DNA of 43,448 nucleotides from a virus (lineage: Duplodnaviria; Caudoviricetes): positions 1-43,448 of the IMG/VR virus record IMGVR_UViG_3300035675_000013. One strand, written 5' to 3'. The notes under the pieces are model-generated. The model did not search any database. It was not told where the DNA came from and saw only the letters and a program-made list of their open reading frames with translations. The translations under genes were made by a program, and so were the position numbers. Below, in pieces: positions 15,705 to 24,329 of the stretch (the first letter of the stretch is position 1; every line of letters begins with the position of its first letter).

Positions 15705-18442
15705 TAGCCCACCAATGATCGAATGAGCGGACCGTTTCGCTTGATCCAATGCACAAACACTTTTTCGTCACGCGAAGATCCGAGATACCCGCGGTCATTC
15801 TCAGTCGTGAAAATAATTCGTGTTTGGCGGTTTCCGCTCAGTAGCGCCGCTGTCTGTTCGCGTCCGATTACACCGGCAGGGCCTACTATCTCGACTCCGC
15901 GCTCACCACCGAGCGCGCGGCTTCGCGCAGGCACGTCACCGCCACTATCGTATGCCCCTGAATAAGACAAAGAAGACATTTGCGAAAGCAGTTGCGCACC
16001 TTGCGCCGCAGCCTTCAAATACAGTGGGATGTTAGCTGGAAACGGTTGCTTGCTAGCTTCGGCCATTGACTGAATCATAGCCAATTCCACGGCAACCATG
16101 CCGAAACCTTTTTGAATTCCAAACATTGTTCGATACGCGGCGCTTTGCTCACTATGAGAATTTTTGAGCGCCGCAGTCAAACTGCTAAACATAGCCTCGG
16201 CATTTTGAACCGACTGCATCATCAGCTCACGGTTCATTGCGGCTATTTCGCGAGTACGTTCGCGTTCAATCGCAATGGACTTCTCAGCATAGGTTCGCTC
16301 GGCTTCGAGTTTCAGCGTTTCGCCGTTTTTTCCACTGAGATTTTCTTCTAGCGTCGATCGTAGATCATAGTAGGCCCCCGCAGTCTTATTGTTGATCTGT
16401 TGTAGCTGCGATTGCGGACCAACCCCAATGTTCGCTAAACGGTGCTGCAACTCAAGTTGCTTACGCGCACTCTTGGCAGCAATTTCATCCAAGTGCTTTC
16501 CCCACAGTTCTTCGTTGCGCGACCACAATTCTTCGGACTCCGGACCGAGATAGTTAGCAAGGAAGTCACGTCGCTTAAGGTAGCTCTCGCGTTCTGCGTT
16601 TTCTTTGTTGCTGAGCGCTTCGCGTACTGCAAGGAATTGTTCGTGCTCTTGTTTGCGCACCATTGCCGTATATGCAGCGTAATTGGTTTGGCTTCCCTCC
16701 GCAATTTTTGGTGTATAGTCTGCACGCGTAGCAAAGCCACCATTATCACGACGATACTGACGATCTAGCTCCGCCTGTGCTTCGTCAAGCGTCATCTCAC
16801 CGACACGTGTTTCACCTAATGAGCGTAGCTTCTCAATCAAAGCGCTGTTGCGTGTGTACTGAGCTAATGCCTTGTCAGCCGAGGATTGACTTCCTTCGGT
16901 CAGGATAGTGACCAATCGCGCTGTTTCCGACTTCGACACAGACGGATCAGCCCAGCTTCGCATAGTGGCGTCAAGTTTGTCTTCTTGCTCACGTGTGCGA
17001 CGGAGAGACTCTGCCTCTCGCTTGAATTGCTGTGTCTTACCAAACAGAGCATCAATCGATGCCGTAAGAGCATCAATCACTGAAACTGACGAGCCGACCG
17101 TTGACTTGATTGCATCCCCTAACACTGAATCGCCAACCGTATTGATTAGCTTTTCCCACGCATCATCTGCTTTCTTGATTGCGCCACCAACCGTATCCAT
17201 CTGGCGTTCGACTGCACCGGCAAATTGTACCGTGCCGAGACGCTGCATGTACGCTTCAATTGCGTCGGCGCCGCCGGCAATTGTCTCCGTCTGCCCACGG
17301 AAAGTGACTTTAAGGCTATCGCCCTCTTCTTTGACTTTGATGCCGAATTCGCGCAGTGACTTATAGTTACCCAACGTTGCTGCTTGCACAGCATTCGTCA
17401 CTGTGCCGAGTGAGGCTCCTGTCTGAGCTGCAATGTTGCTGTAGGCTTTGAGTGCCGCTTGCCCATTCTGCAACCCGCTGTTACCTAGCTGAATAAACGC
17501 GTTGGCTACTTCATCGACAGTACTAGGCAGCTTACCTAACGTGTTCCGTTCCAAATCTGCAAAAGCTTCACTAGCCGCCTCGGTACTTTCCGTGATACCG
17601 CTTAACTGTGCAATTAACTTGTCGTCCGCAACAAAGTCAGCGATCACACTGTCTTTTAACCGCTGCACACTATCTGCCAGCGTAGTGACTGCGGTTGCGG
17701 CTACCGCTGCAGCTCCGCCGGCCAATGCGCCCAATCCGAGAGCAGACAGCGCCCCTTCCTTTGCTCCGCCCGCCGCTTGCGCGGCTACGCTAGGCACAGC
17801 ATCGCGCTTGCTTGCTAACTCAGCTTCAATTCGTTGCAGCGAGGGGCGAATTGGTAGTACACCGTCAAGACCTGCTTTCGCACGTTGAATAGCACGCGTC
17901 CAAGCTTCTTCTTCGCGCTTGGCCGCTCGCTCCGCTGCAGCAGCTTGCTTCTCAGCCGTACGTTCCGCCACACCTAGCGCGCGCTGCTTAGCTTCGTTCC
18001 ACGCGTCCGCTTCTTTCTGGGCAGCACGTGCTGCCGCAGCGGCTTGTTTGTCCGCTAACGCTGCTGCTCTCTGCGCGGCTTTCTCCTCGACCGCTTGCTG
18101 CCTCGCCGCCCGCTCCGCAGCACGTGTAGCAGCTTTCTCGGCGGCAGCGCTTTCTTGCGCAGCTTTTCGTTCTGCAAGCGCAGCTGCACGTTCTGCTGCA
18201 CGTGCTGCCGCAGCCTCCGCTTTTTGTGCCGCACGTGCATCCGCGGCAGCTTTCTTCTCGGCTGCTGCGATTGCCTTCGCTGCCGCTTTCTCCTCGACAG
18301 CAGCAACTTCGGCAATCACAGCAGCCATGCGCCGCTGTTCGCGTTCGGTTTCCCGCGCGGTCGTATTGAGTTGCTTTAGCGCACGATCTGCGACTGATAC
18401 CCCACTGCTAGCTACTACGATTTCCAATCGTGCTGTGCTCAT
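15704..18442 (-). CDS. Tail tape measure protein
   Basis: Long Ala-rich helical protein; C-terminal YDSGG..GGERGVEIV; AAAGGA RBS before ATG18442. Confidence 0.9.
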   Translation of the reverse strand: MSTARLEIVVASSGVSVADRALKQLNTTARETEREQRRMAAVIAEVAAVEEKAAAKAIAAAEKKAAADARAAQKAEAAAARAAERAAALAERKAAQESAAAEKAATRAAERAARQQAVEEKAAQRAAALADKQAAAAARAAQKEADAWNEAKQRALGVAERTAEKQAAAAERAAKREEEAWTRAIQRAKAGLDGVLPIRPSLQRIEAELASKRDAVPSVAAQAAGGAKEGALSALGLGALAGGAAAVAATAVTTLADSVQRLKDSVIADFVADDKLIAQLSGITESTEAASEAFADLERNTLGKLPSTVDEVANAFIQLGNSGLQNGQAALKAYSNIAAQTGASLGTVTNAVQAATLGNYKSLREFGIKVKEEGDSLKVTFRGQTETIAGGADAIEAYMQRLGTVQFAGAVERQMDTVGGAIKKADDAWEKLINTVGDSVLGDAIKSTVGSSVSVIDALTASIDALFGKTQQFKREAESLRRTREQEDKLDATMRSWADPSVSKSETARLVTILTEGSQSSADKALAQYTRNSALIEKLRSLGETRVGEMTLDEAQAELDRQYRRDNGGFATRADYTPKIAEGSQTNYAAYTAMVRKQEHEQFLAVREALSNKENAERESYLKRRDFLANYLGPESEELWSRNEELWGKHLDEIAAKSARKQLELQHRLANIGVGPQSQLQQINNKTAGAYYDLRSTLEENLSGKNGETLKLEAERTYAEKSIAIERERTREIAAMNRELMMQSVQNAEAMFSSLTAALKNSHSEQSAAYRTMFGIQKGFGMVAVELAMIQSMAEASKQPFPANIPLYLKAAAQGAQLLSQMSSLSYSGAYDSGGDVPARSRALGGERGVEIVGPAGVIGREQTAALLSGNRQTRIIFTTENDRGYLGSSRDEKVFVHWIKRNGPLIRSLVG

Positions 18443-18772
18443 GTGGTGTATCCTTTCTGCGTCGCAACTTATCCAATCCGCGCAATACTTCAACTTCCCA
18501 GCTCGCAAGTGAGTGACCTGTGAGCCGCGCCCAATAGTATATTTCGCTATACGTTAAATCATCGCCAGTGACTAAATCACAGAACCATGTCCACAAATAC
18601 ATGAGCGCATCGGGCGGTGAGGGCGCTTCTCGGTGACCTGGAGGAAGTTTGCCCGTGCGCTCACGGTAAGCTCTTACAGCGTCGGCAAGGGTTCGGTTTT
18701 CACCAACTGCTGCGGGGACACTTCCGGCGAATTGGTGCTTGGCCCAAGTGTAGAAGTCGCCGATTTGTTCCC
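18408..18772 (-). CDS. Tail assembly chaperone, -1 frame extension (gpGT-like)
   Basis: The -1 frame is open from the slippery site: REQIGDFYTWAKHQF...YLWTWFCDL..LTYSEIYYWARLTG..WEVEVLRGLD. Confidence 0.85.
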
Positions 18773-19153
18773 TAAAAAACGATCACGATCGTTTGCAGCG
18801 TACCATATTTGATCGCTGATGTATGGTGCCTCGGCGAGTAGCTCCGTCACGTTGACGACATTGCAGGGATCTTCGAAGCTCCAAGCCATCACAAGCGCCG
18901 CACGTTCTGCTAACGTAGCGGCTTCCTTATCTTTCTGTGTTTCGGCAACTAGCGCAGCGCCGTCCCCCTTGGCTCTTACCGCTGCAGCCAGTCGCACCAT
19001 TGCGCGGTTGACAGCGTCGTGCGCCTGCCGGTAAGCGTCTGAATCCAGACCACGCACGCGCAGCCAGCCTACCACGTCACCCGCTTCGTTTTTGACGTCA
19101 ACGCGCGTACCCTCGTTATGCCGATCTCGCGTAAACAACTCATTGATGCGCAT
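18674..19153 (-). CDS. Tail assembly chaperone (gpG-like)
   Basis: Lies between tail tube and tape measure genes; LRVRGLDSDAY...LVMAWSF motif. Confidence 0.85.
   Translation of the reverse strand: MRINELFTRDRHNEGTRVDVKNEAGDVVGWLRVRGLDSDAYRQAHDAVNRAMVRLAAAVRAKGDGAALVAETQKDKEAATLAERAALVMAWSFEDPCNVVNVTELLAEAPYISDQIWYAANDRDRFLGNKSATSTLGPSTNSPEVSPQQLVKTEPLPTL
18773..18779 (-). other. Programmed -1 frameshift slippery heptamer T TTT TTA
   Basis: CGT TTT TTA GGG within the chaperone gene, in X XXY YYZ register. Confidence 0.85.
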
Positions 19154-19167
19154 CGGAAGGCTCCTAA

Positions 19168-20100
19168 CTACGGAGTATGTGGTGTGCGTGTAATGGTCAA
19201 CTGTGACTCTGACACACTGTCGTAGTATGCCTCGAAGCTAAGTGAAACAGGAATGGAAGTGTCGCCGCCCACGTTTGGCATACCTGAGGTAAACCGCAGT
19301 GCAGGCACAGTGACGAGCAACGTATCGCCGGCTGGATCCAAGAAGGTAAGACCCAGCGCTTTCTGTGTTTCCGCGAGATAGGCGTCAATCAAGGCGCCTG
19401 CCCCGGTATCAAGCCACACCTCCAAAGTGCCCGAGGTCTTGTACACACGGCCATCCGGTTGCAGAGTCGTCACTCCATTTGCAGTGAAGCGAGGCTGCAA
19501 CATCCGGTCAAACGTGAGCGACAGTGAGGTGACGATCCCAATGGGAGATCCATCGACTGTAAAAGAAGCGTCTTTGAACGCAATCGCGGGATTGGTCGCT
19601 GGATCGGCATACGTCGCATTCGCGATTGCCGACGATGCGCGGGTTACATCCTTGCAAAGTCCTTCAAAATTCGCGGTAACCAATTGGTTACCGGTCACAG
19701 CTAGTGACAACTTACCGAATTCACAGCCTGTGAATCGCTGGTAAGGCTTGTCGCCGCTGTCGAGATCGGAATAGTACTCCTCAATGCAAAATGACCTTCG
19801 TGTGCTTCCCGTCTTGAGAACATTGGCTGTCCATGTTCCACCCAACATAGCTTCCAGCCAAACGTCGTACGCGTTGTAGCGTAGCCAGTCTTGAATAGCG
19901 AAAGTACCTTTGCGAGAACCTTGACGAACACCAACGCGGTGATAGTCACCACGAATGGTGTCATCTTCGAGAGTATCGGTCTCAATCTTGGGACCGCCCG
20001 ATCGACAAAGCATCGTCGCGAACGCAGGCGACGCGCCTGCTCCCGCACCGTAGCTCGCCTCGGCGATGATAGCTAGTCTGCGTGCCGCTCCTGTGGACAT
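19168..20100 (-). CDS. Major tail tube protein
   Basis: IIAEASYG, LKTGSTRRSF.IE and RFTGC motifs; gene position. Confidence 0.9.
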   Translation of the reverse strand: MSTGAARRLAIIAEASYGAGAGASPAFATMLCRSGGPKIETDTLEDDTIRGDYHRVGVRQGSRKGTFAIQDWLRYNAYDVWLEAMLGGTWTANVLKTGSTRRSFCIEEYYSDLDSGDKPYQRFTGCEFGKLSLAVTGNQLVTANFEGLCKDVTRASSAIANATYADPATNPAIAFKDASFTVDGSPIGIVTSLSLTFDRMLQPRFTANGVTTLQPDGRVYKTSGTLEVWLDTGAGALIDAYLAETQKALGLTFLDPAGDTLLVTVPALRFTSGMPNVGGDTSIPVSLSFEAYYDSVSESQLTITRTPHTP

Positions 20101-20110
20101 GGTACCCTTT

Positions 20111-20518
20111 CTAGCGCGCTATACGCGCTTCCCATTGGATTTCGATGATGGCTTTAAAGTAGCTTCCTTCGCGCTTGGCGGGCCCGGGGCCACAACCACG
20201 AATGAGCACAGCTTGCCCGCTATTGGTAAGCGATTGTCCAGCTACAAAAGATGTTCGGAAAGTATCGACGGCGGCAGCTGCCGCTGCATTACCTGTTGCT
20301 AGCGGATAGTACAAATTGACCTGTGTAATGCCTGGAATTAGGTCACGCCCGTGGTAGCCTAGCGTATCCACGCTTGCACGTCCTTGCAAGTGGAACACCT
20401 CTGCGTAGGCTGCACCATTTGGGGTGATGACCGGACCATTCGGCCACTGTGTCGGGAGCGATCCGAGAGGCGTCGCAAGCCGGACTTCGATCGCTAGCTG
20501 CGCTGTTGCGTAACTCAC
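20111..20518 (-). CDS. Tail terminator protein
   Basis: WPN..., GITQVNLYYP..TG motif; gene position. Confidence 0.75.
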   Translation of the reverse strand: MSYATAQLAIEVRLATPLGSLPTQWPNGPVITPNGAAYAEVFHLQGRASVDTLGYHGRDLIPGITQVNLYYPLATGNAAAAAAVDTFRTSFVAGQSLTNSGQAVLIRGCGPGPAKREGSYFKAIIEIQWEARIAR

Positions 20519-20919
20519 AACTCCCCCTCACGGATAGCTTCGTTGATCAAGACTCCTACCTCCGCCAGTGAAATACGCACCATACCTTCCGGAGCTTTCT
20601 TGCTACTGTGGCCTTCATACTCAATCACAAGCACATACGGCGCATTGTTGCTAAAGTAGAATGTATCGTCACCTTTGAGTTTCGACAGTACGCCGAGCAC
20701 TTGCTGCTTTACGAAAGCACCGTCTTTTGACTTGCGCGGCACGTCGTCAGTTTCAGCCGCGCCAATACTGGGCTGCCAATTGCCTTTGAGATGACCTGAT
20801 AGTACAGGCGTTCGATCGACGATGCGAATGCACAAGTTGCCGATGAAAATTCGCCGAATGTTTTCGACGTCGGCAATCGCATTCTTTGCAAACTGCTCTA
20901 TGTCTAGAGCGAAGCTCAC
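20515..20919 (-). CDS. Tail completion / neck protein (HK97 gp10-like)
   Basis: RTPVLSGHLKGNWQ, NNAPY..IEYEGHS.KAPEGMVR motifs. Confidence 0.85.
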   Translation of the reverse strand: MSFALDIEQFAKNAIADVENIRRIFIGNLCIRIVDRTPVLSGHLKGNWQPSIGAAETDDVPRKSKDGAFVKQQVLGVLSKLKGDDTFYFSNNAPYVLVIEYEGHSSKKAPEGMVRISLAEVGVLINEAIREGEL

Positions 20920-21299
20920 TTAGCTACCCCAATTGTGTACACCAGGGGAATTCCCGCTGGATTGACTGGCGTGCACCCCACGACCGGCCACACTGAACCA
21001 TCGTTTAGTGTGACCTCGTCAAGAGGAAGAGGCTTGAATCCGAGTAGCGTGGATACCTTGAACGCGCGCATTACCTTGGTGGTTAGCGCAGCTTCATCCA
21101 ATCGAGTCTCAAATGACTGCACAAGACCTTGCGTGACGGGAACCTCAATAGCAGCACAAGATGCCGTAAGTGTAGCAGCACCTTTCGTGACTGCGCCTGT
21201 GCTAGAATTGCGCGAGGGCGTGTAGCGCTTGACTGTAATTTGCTGCCCATACGCCGCTAGCTTGGCATTTACTGTCTGCGCCAGAGCTGCATAGTTCAT
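20916..21299 (-). CDS. Head closure / stopper protein
   Basis: Position in the neck cluster; YGQQITV and VNPAG motifs. Confidence 0.7.
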   Translation of the reverse strand: MNYAALAQTVNAKLAAYGQQITVKRYTPSRNSSTGAVTKGAATLTASCAAIEVPVTQGLVQSFETRLDEAALTTKVMRAFKVSTLLGFKPLPLDEVTLNDGSVWPVVGCTPVNPAGIPLVYTIGVAK

Positions 21300-21823
21300 A
21301 CGCGCACCGATACACCAAAGCCTACAGAAGCTCCGCCGGCAAGCAACGGCGCCAATAGCCGATCTGCCTCGGGGAATTGCGGTTGCGGAGAGTTATCACC
21401 ATGATCGGCATACTTCAAGTCAACAGCACCTTCAATGCGTTCGCCTATGACTACGCGCCCATCACTTTGCACAGTGAGCGCTCCGCCATTAGCGTAGGCG
21501 TAGCAGGCCAGGCGCGCTTGCGCTTGAGGCAAGCAAGTAGGAATCTCATCTTCGTCAATTGCAAAGCTGTCAATCACAACGCCTGTGCGCGGATACTGTG
21601 TTCCTTGCGCCTTACTTAGTTTGCGGCCTTGCCCGTTTTCACGTATTTCAACTTCAACGTAATCCATTGCTGTGATAAGCAGCACTTCGATCGCGGCATC
21701 ACCTGAGGGACCAACCGCCGGCAAGCTCAATCCGCGGGCTGCTGCAAAAACTCGCGTGTCGCTAACAGAAATGTAGCTGTTAGCTCCGGTCGGGAGGCTT
21801 CCGTCTTCCACTATTAACGACAC
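21296..21823 (-). CDS. Head-tail adaptor (DnaT-like phage family)
   Basis: LIVEDGS...ANSYIS, QYPR, IP..L..AQ..LA motifs; GGAGG RBS with GTG start. Confidence 0.85.
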   Translation of the reverse strand: MSLIVEDGSLPTGANSYISVSDTRVFAAARGLSLPAVGPSGDAAIEVLLITAMDYVEVEIRENGQGRKLSKAQGTQYPRTGVVIDSFAIDEDEIPTCLPQAQARLACYAYANGGALTVQSDGRVVIGERIEGAVDLKYADHGDNSPQPQFPEADRLLAPLLAGGASVGFGVSVRV

Positions 21824-21835
21824 GCGTAAACCCTC

Positions 21836-22081
21836 CTACTTCTTTGGCGGCGGCGAAGCCTGTGGAGCGGCCGCTACTTGCACCACCGTCACGTTCTTGG
21901 CTTTGAGGTAGTTTGCCGGAACTGCTCCCGCGGCTTTGCAGCCGTCCTTCGGCGGATTGCTCGGATGCTTGGCGTTGCGGAAACACTTCGTACCAAGCGC
22001 CTTGGCAGCAGCATAGTCATCCGCTGACGGGACAGGCCCGTTGACGAAGTATATGATCAACTGTTGCTTGCTCTCGCGCAT
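21836..22081 (-). CDS. Small capsid-associated protein
   Basis: GGAGG RBS; IIYFVNGPVP...AGAVPANY; paralogous to the upstream gene. Confidence 0.75.
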   Translation of the reverse strand: MRESKQQLIIYFVNGPVPSADDYAAAKALGTKCFRNAKHPSNPPKDGCKAAGAVPANYLKAKNVTVVQVAAAPQASPPPKK

Positions 22082-22082
22082 G

Positions 22083-22535
22083 TTACGTACCTCCTCCGTC
22101 AGGAGCCGTATATCCTGAAACGGTGATTGTGTTTCCCGAAACAGCGAAAGTCACGGTGCCTCCGCCAGTCAAGTGTACGTGGTCACCATCGCGCAAAATC
22201 GCTTGGGACGACACCAACGTAGCAGGATCGGGCGGATTCGTCCGATCGTACACAGTATGCAACGGAGTACCGCTGTCGATACCGCCGTCGCGATAGTTTG
22301 GCGGGATAGATCCCGACAGATAGTCGGCAGATTCTGGCGTTGCTCGCAAACGCGATCTCGGCGCGCTACGTACCACAACCGTGTAGGGAGCGGCTGCCTG
22401 TGAACGAAGCGCGGTGATGTCGGCTTTCTCGCCGACCGTGGCCACATCACCAGCAGTGAAGTAGATAACCTTGGCGGCATAAGCTGCACCGCTGAGCAAA
22501 CACAGCAACACCAATACTTTGACAAACAGTTTCAT
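22083..22535 (-). CDS. Capsid-adjacent protein with a Sec-type signal peptide
   Basis: MKLFVKVLVLLCLLSGAAYA|AKVIYFTAG...SGSIPPNY; AAAGGGG RBS. Confidence 0.75.
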   Translation of the reverse strand: MKLFVKVLVLLCLLSGAAYAAKVIYFTAGDVATVGEKADITALRSQAAAPYTVVVRSAPRSRLRATPESADYLSGSIPPNYRDGGIDSGTPLHTVYDRTNPPDPATLVSSQAILRDGDHVHLTGGGTVTFAVSGNTITVSGYTAPDGGGT

Positions 22536-22564
22536 GTAGTAACCCCTTTCAAGTTGCGTAGCTA

Positions 22565-22598
22565 CGTAGCTGACACAACGTAAGCGGTGTCAGCTACG
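22565..22598 (-). terminator. Hairpin downstream of the major capsid gene
   Basis: CGTAGCTGACAC-10nt-GTGTCAGCTACG, perfect 12-bp stem. Confidence 0.65.
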
Positions 22599-22609
22599 CA
22601 CAGCTACTG

Positions 22610-23575
22610 TTAGTCGTTATCGCAGCGAACGATCACACCCGGACCATCTTTGATCGAGTTCACCACCTGATCCCAGTTGGTTCCGACGGCAAGCGCGTCG
22701 GCTTGCGGACTGGCCCCACCATTGGCTTCGTCCCATTTGCAACCCTTCAAGGTCAAATTGAACGATCCTTCGGCCTGGTAGGTGTCGCGAATGTTGGTCT
22801 TGCCGACCGAGGTTTGCACGACTGCGCGGAAACCTGGGTTTTCTTGCAAGACCAACGCACCGGCCGTCAACCCAAGCGTGAGGAAGTCGCCATCCTCCGC
22901 AATGAGATCCGGGCTATCCGTCACGATAAAAGGTCGGCCCAAGGGATCAGCCATGATGTTCAGTGTGCCGTAGGTGAAGAGATTCGTGCTGTTGGTCAGG
23001 CCGGCAGCTTGCAACTGATGGAAGCTCGTGCTGTGCATGATCCATGCGGCAATAGCAGCACTACGATCGCCAAACTTCGCCGCACCGTAATTCAGTGCCG
23101 CCAGCGAAATCGGATCGCCACTGGCGTCGTAGGTAACATCAGAACCAATGTTCTGTAGTGCCGCCGCAACCGAAGCGATAGCAAGATTGAGCTTTTGCTG
23201 CAAGAACGCAGGTCCGAGCCGCTGAGCCACAACAGCAGCCGCTTCGCCAGGCGCACGGCCCATGTGATTCCACAGTGCCTGATCGATGCGAATCGGCTTG
23301 GTGCCGTACTCGACCTTGACCCCGCCGACCACATCCCGAGACAGATTCGCCTCGGCAACGTCGTCGTCGCTGAATACGTCACGCAGCACTACGGCGTCTT
23401 GCATGTCGTACAGAGCTTCGCGGTTGAAGCTACCGGGATTGTTTCCAGGCACAAGCACGATCGTGCCGCGACTGGCTTGGTTGAAGACGTCGCACATCTG
23501 CGCGAGGCCTTGGATCATCGCGGTTTCAAGCGTACGCTCGAAAACCTGCAGGTTGGTCAATGCGTTCGCGGTCAT
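22610..23575 (-). CDS. Major capsid protein
   Basis: VFNQASRGTIVL, AAKFGDR, WIMHS, LGRPFIVTDSP and KG.KWD..NGG.SP motifs; GGAGG RBS; strong GC3 bias. Confidence 0.93.
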   Translation of the reverse strand: MTANALTNLQVFERTLETAMIQGLAQMCDVFNQASRGTIVLVPGNNPGSFNREALYDMQDAVVLRDVFSDDDVAEANLSRDVVGGVKVEYGTKPIRIDQALWNHMGRAPGEAAAVVAQRLGPAFLQQKLNLAIASVAAALQNIGSDVTYDASGDPISLAALNYGAAKFGDRSAAIAAWIMHSTSFHQLQAAGLTNSTNLFTYGTLNIMADPLGRPFIVTDSPDLIAEDGDFLTLGLTAGALVLQENPGFRAVVQTSVGKTNIRDTYQAEGSFNLTLKGCKWDEANGGASPQADALAVGTNWDQVVNSIKDGPGVIVRCDND

Positions 23576-23579
23576 GGTA

Positions 23580-24311
23580 CTAACCTCCGAGGAGCGGGTT
23601 TACCTTCGCCGCAGCCGCTGCGATCTCTGCAGGATTGCCGCGAAGCCAGTCAATTTTCCCTGGCAGGGCACTGCCTGCACCGGAACTTCCCGGGGCACTG
23701 CCTCCGGTAGCTCGATTGCCTGATAGTAGCGCAGCATATTTCGGAGTTGCAACAATTTCTTTTTCCAAATCGTCCAACGTCGCTGCGCTTGGCTTCCCTG
23801 CAAGGTCGAGCACACGCGTAACAGCTTTGCCGTCCGTCCCTATCTCAACAGTCAGCCGTCGCTGAATAGACTCGGCCAGCAACTCCGCCGACGGTACGTT
23901 AAGCGCTATCTTCGCCGCGATACGCTTTGACTCACTGTCCACAAGAACTCCGCGCAGGCTTGCGTCGCGCAGGGCCAGCGCCTCGGTGTGCTTGACTTGC
24001 TCCTCGCTTAGCTTTTGCTGCCAACTGGCTTCGAGCGCTTCGATCTCGCTACGTGTCCCCTTGCCCTTGAGGTGCGCCTGCAACTCCGCGCGTGTTTTTT
24101 CCAAGTCTGCTTTCGCAGCATTCAACTTGGCAGTGGTCGCCGCGTGCGCGTCCACCTCGTGTTGCTTTGCTGTGAGCAATCCAGTAAGCACAGGATGGCT
24201 ATCGGGCAACTTGTCAAGCTCAGCGTAGTACCTGCCGTCAGCACCTTGCTTGTACTCTGGCCGCAAAACTTCGACCACATCTTCTAGTTTGTCTATAACG
24301 GTCTTGATCAT
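23580..24311 (-). CDS. Scaffolding protein
   Basis: Coiled-coil protein before the capsid gene; IEALEASW, LDLAGKPSAATLDDL and ATGGSA motifs. Confidence 0.85.
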   Translation of the reverse strand: MIKTVIDKLEDVVEVLRPEYKQGADGRYYAELDKLPDSHPVLTGLLTAKQHEVDAHAATTAKLNAAKADLEKTRAELQAHLKGKGTRSEIEALEASWQQKLSEEQVKHTEALALRDASLRGVLVDSESKRIAAKIALNVPSAELLAESIQRRLTVEIGTDGKAVTRVLDLAGKPSAATLDDLEKEIVATPKYAALLSGNRATGGSAPGSSGAGSALPGKIDWLRGNPAEIAAAAAKVNPLLGG

Positions 24312-24329
24312 GGGAGCACTGCTCGCTTT

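Noticed and set aside
17502-18512. Long + strand ORFs opposite the tape measure gene
   Set aside because: Antisense shadows of Ala-rich repeats with no RBS or recognisable motifs
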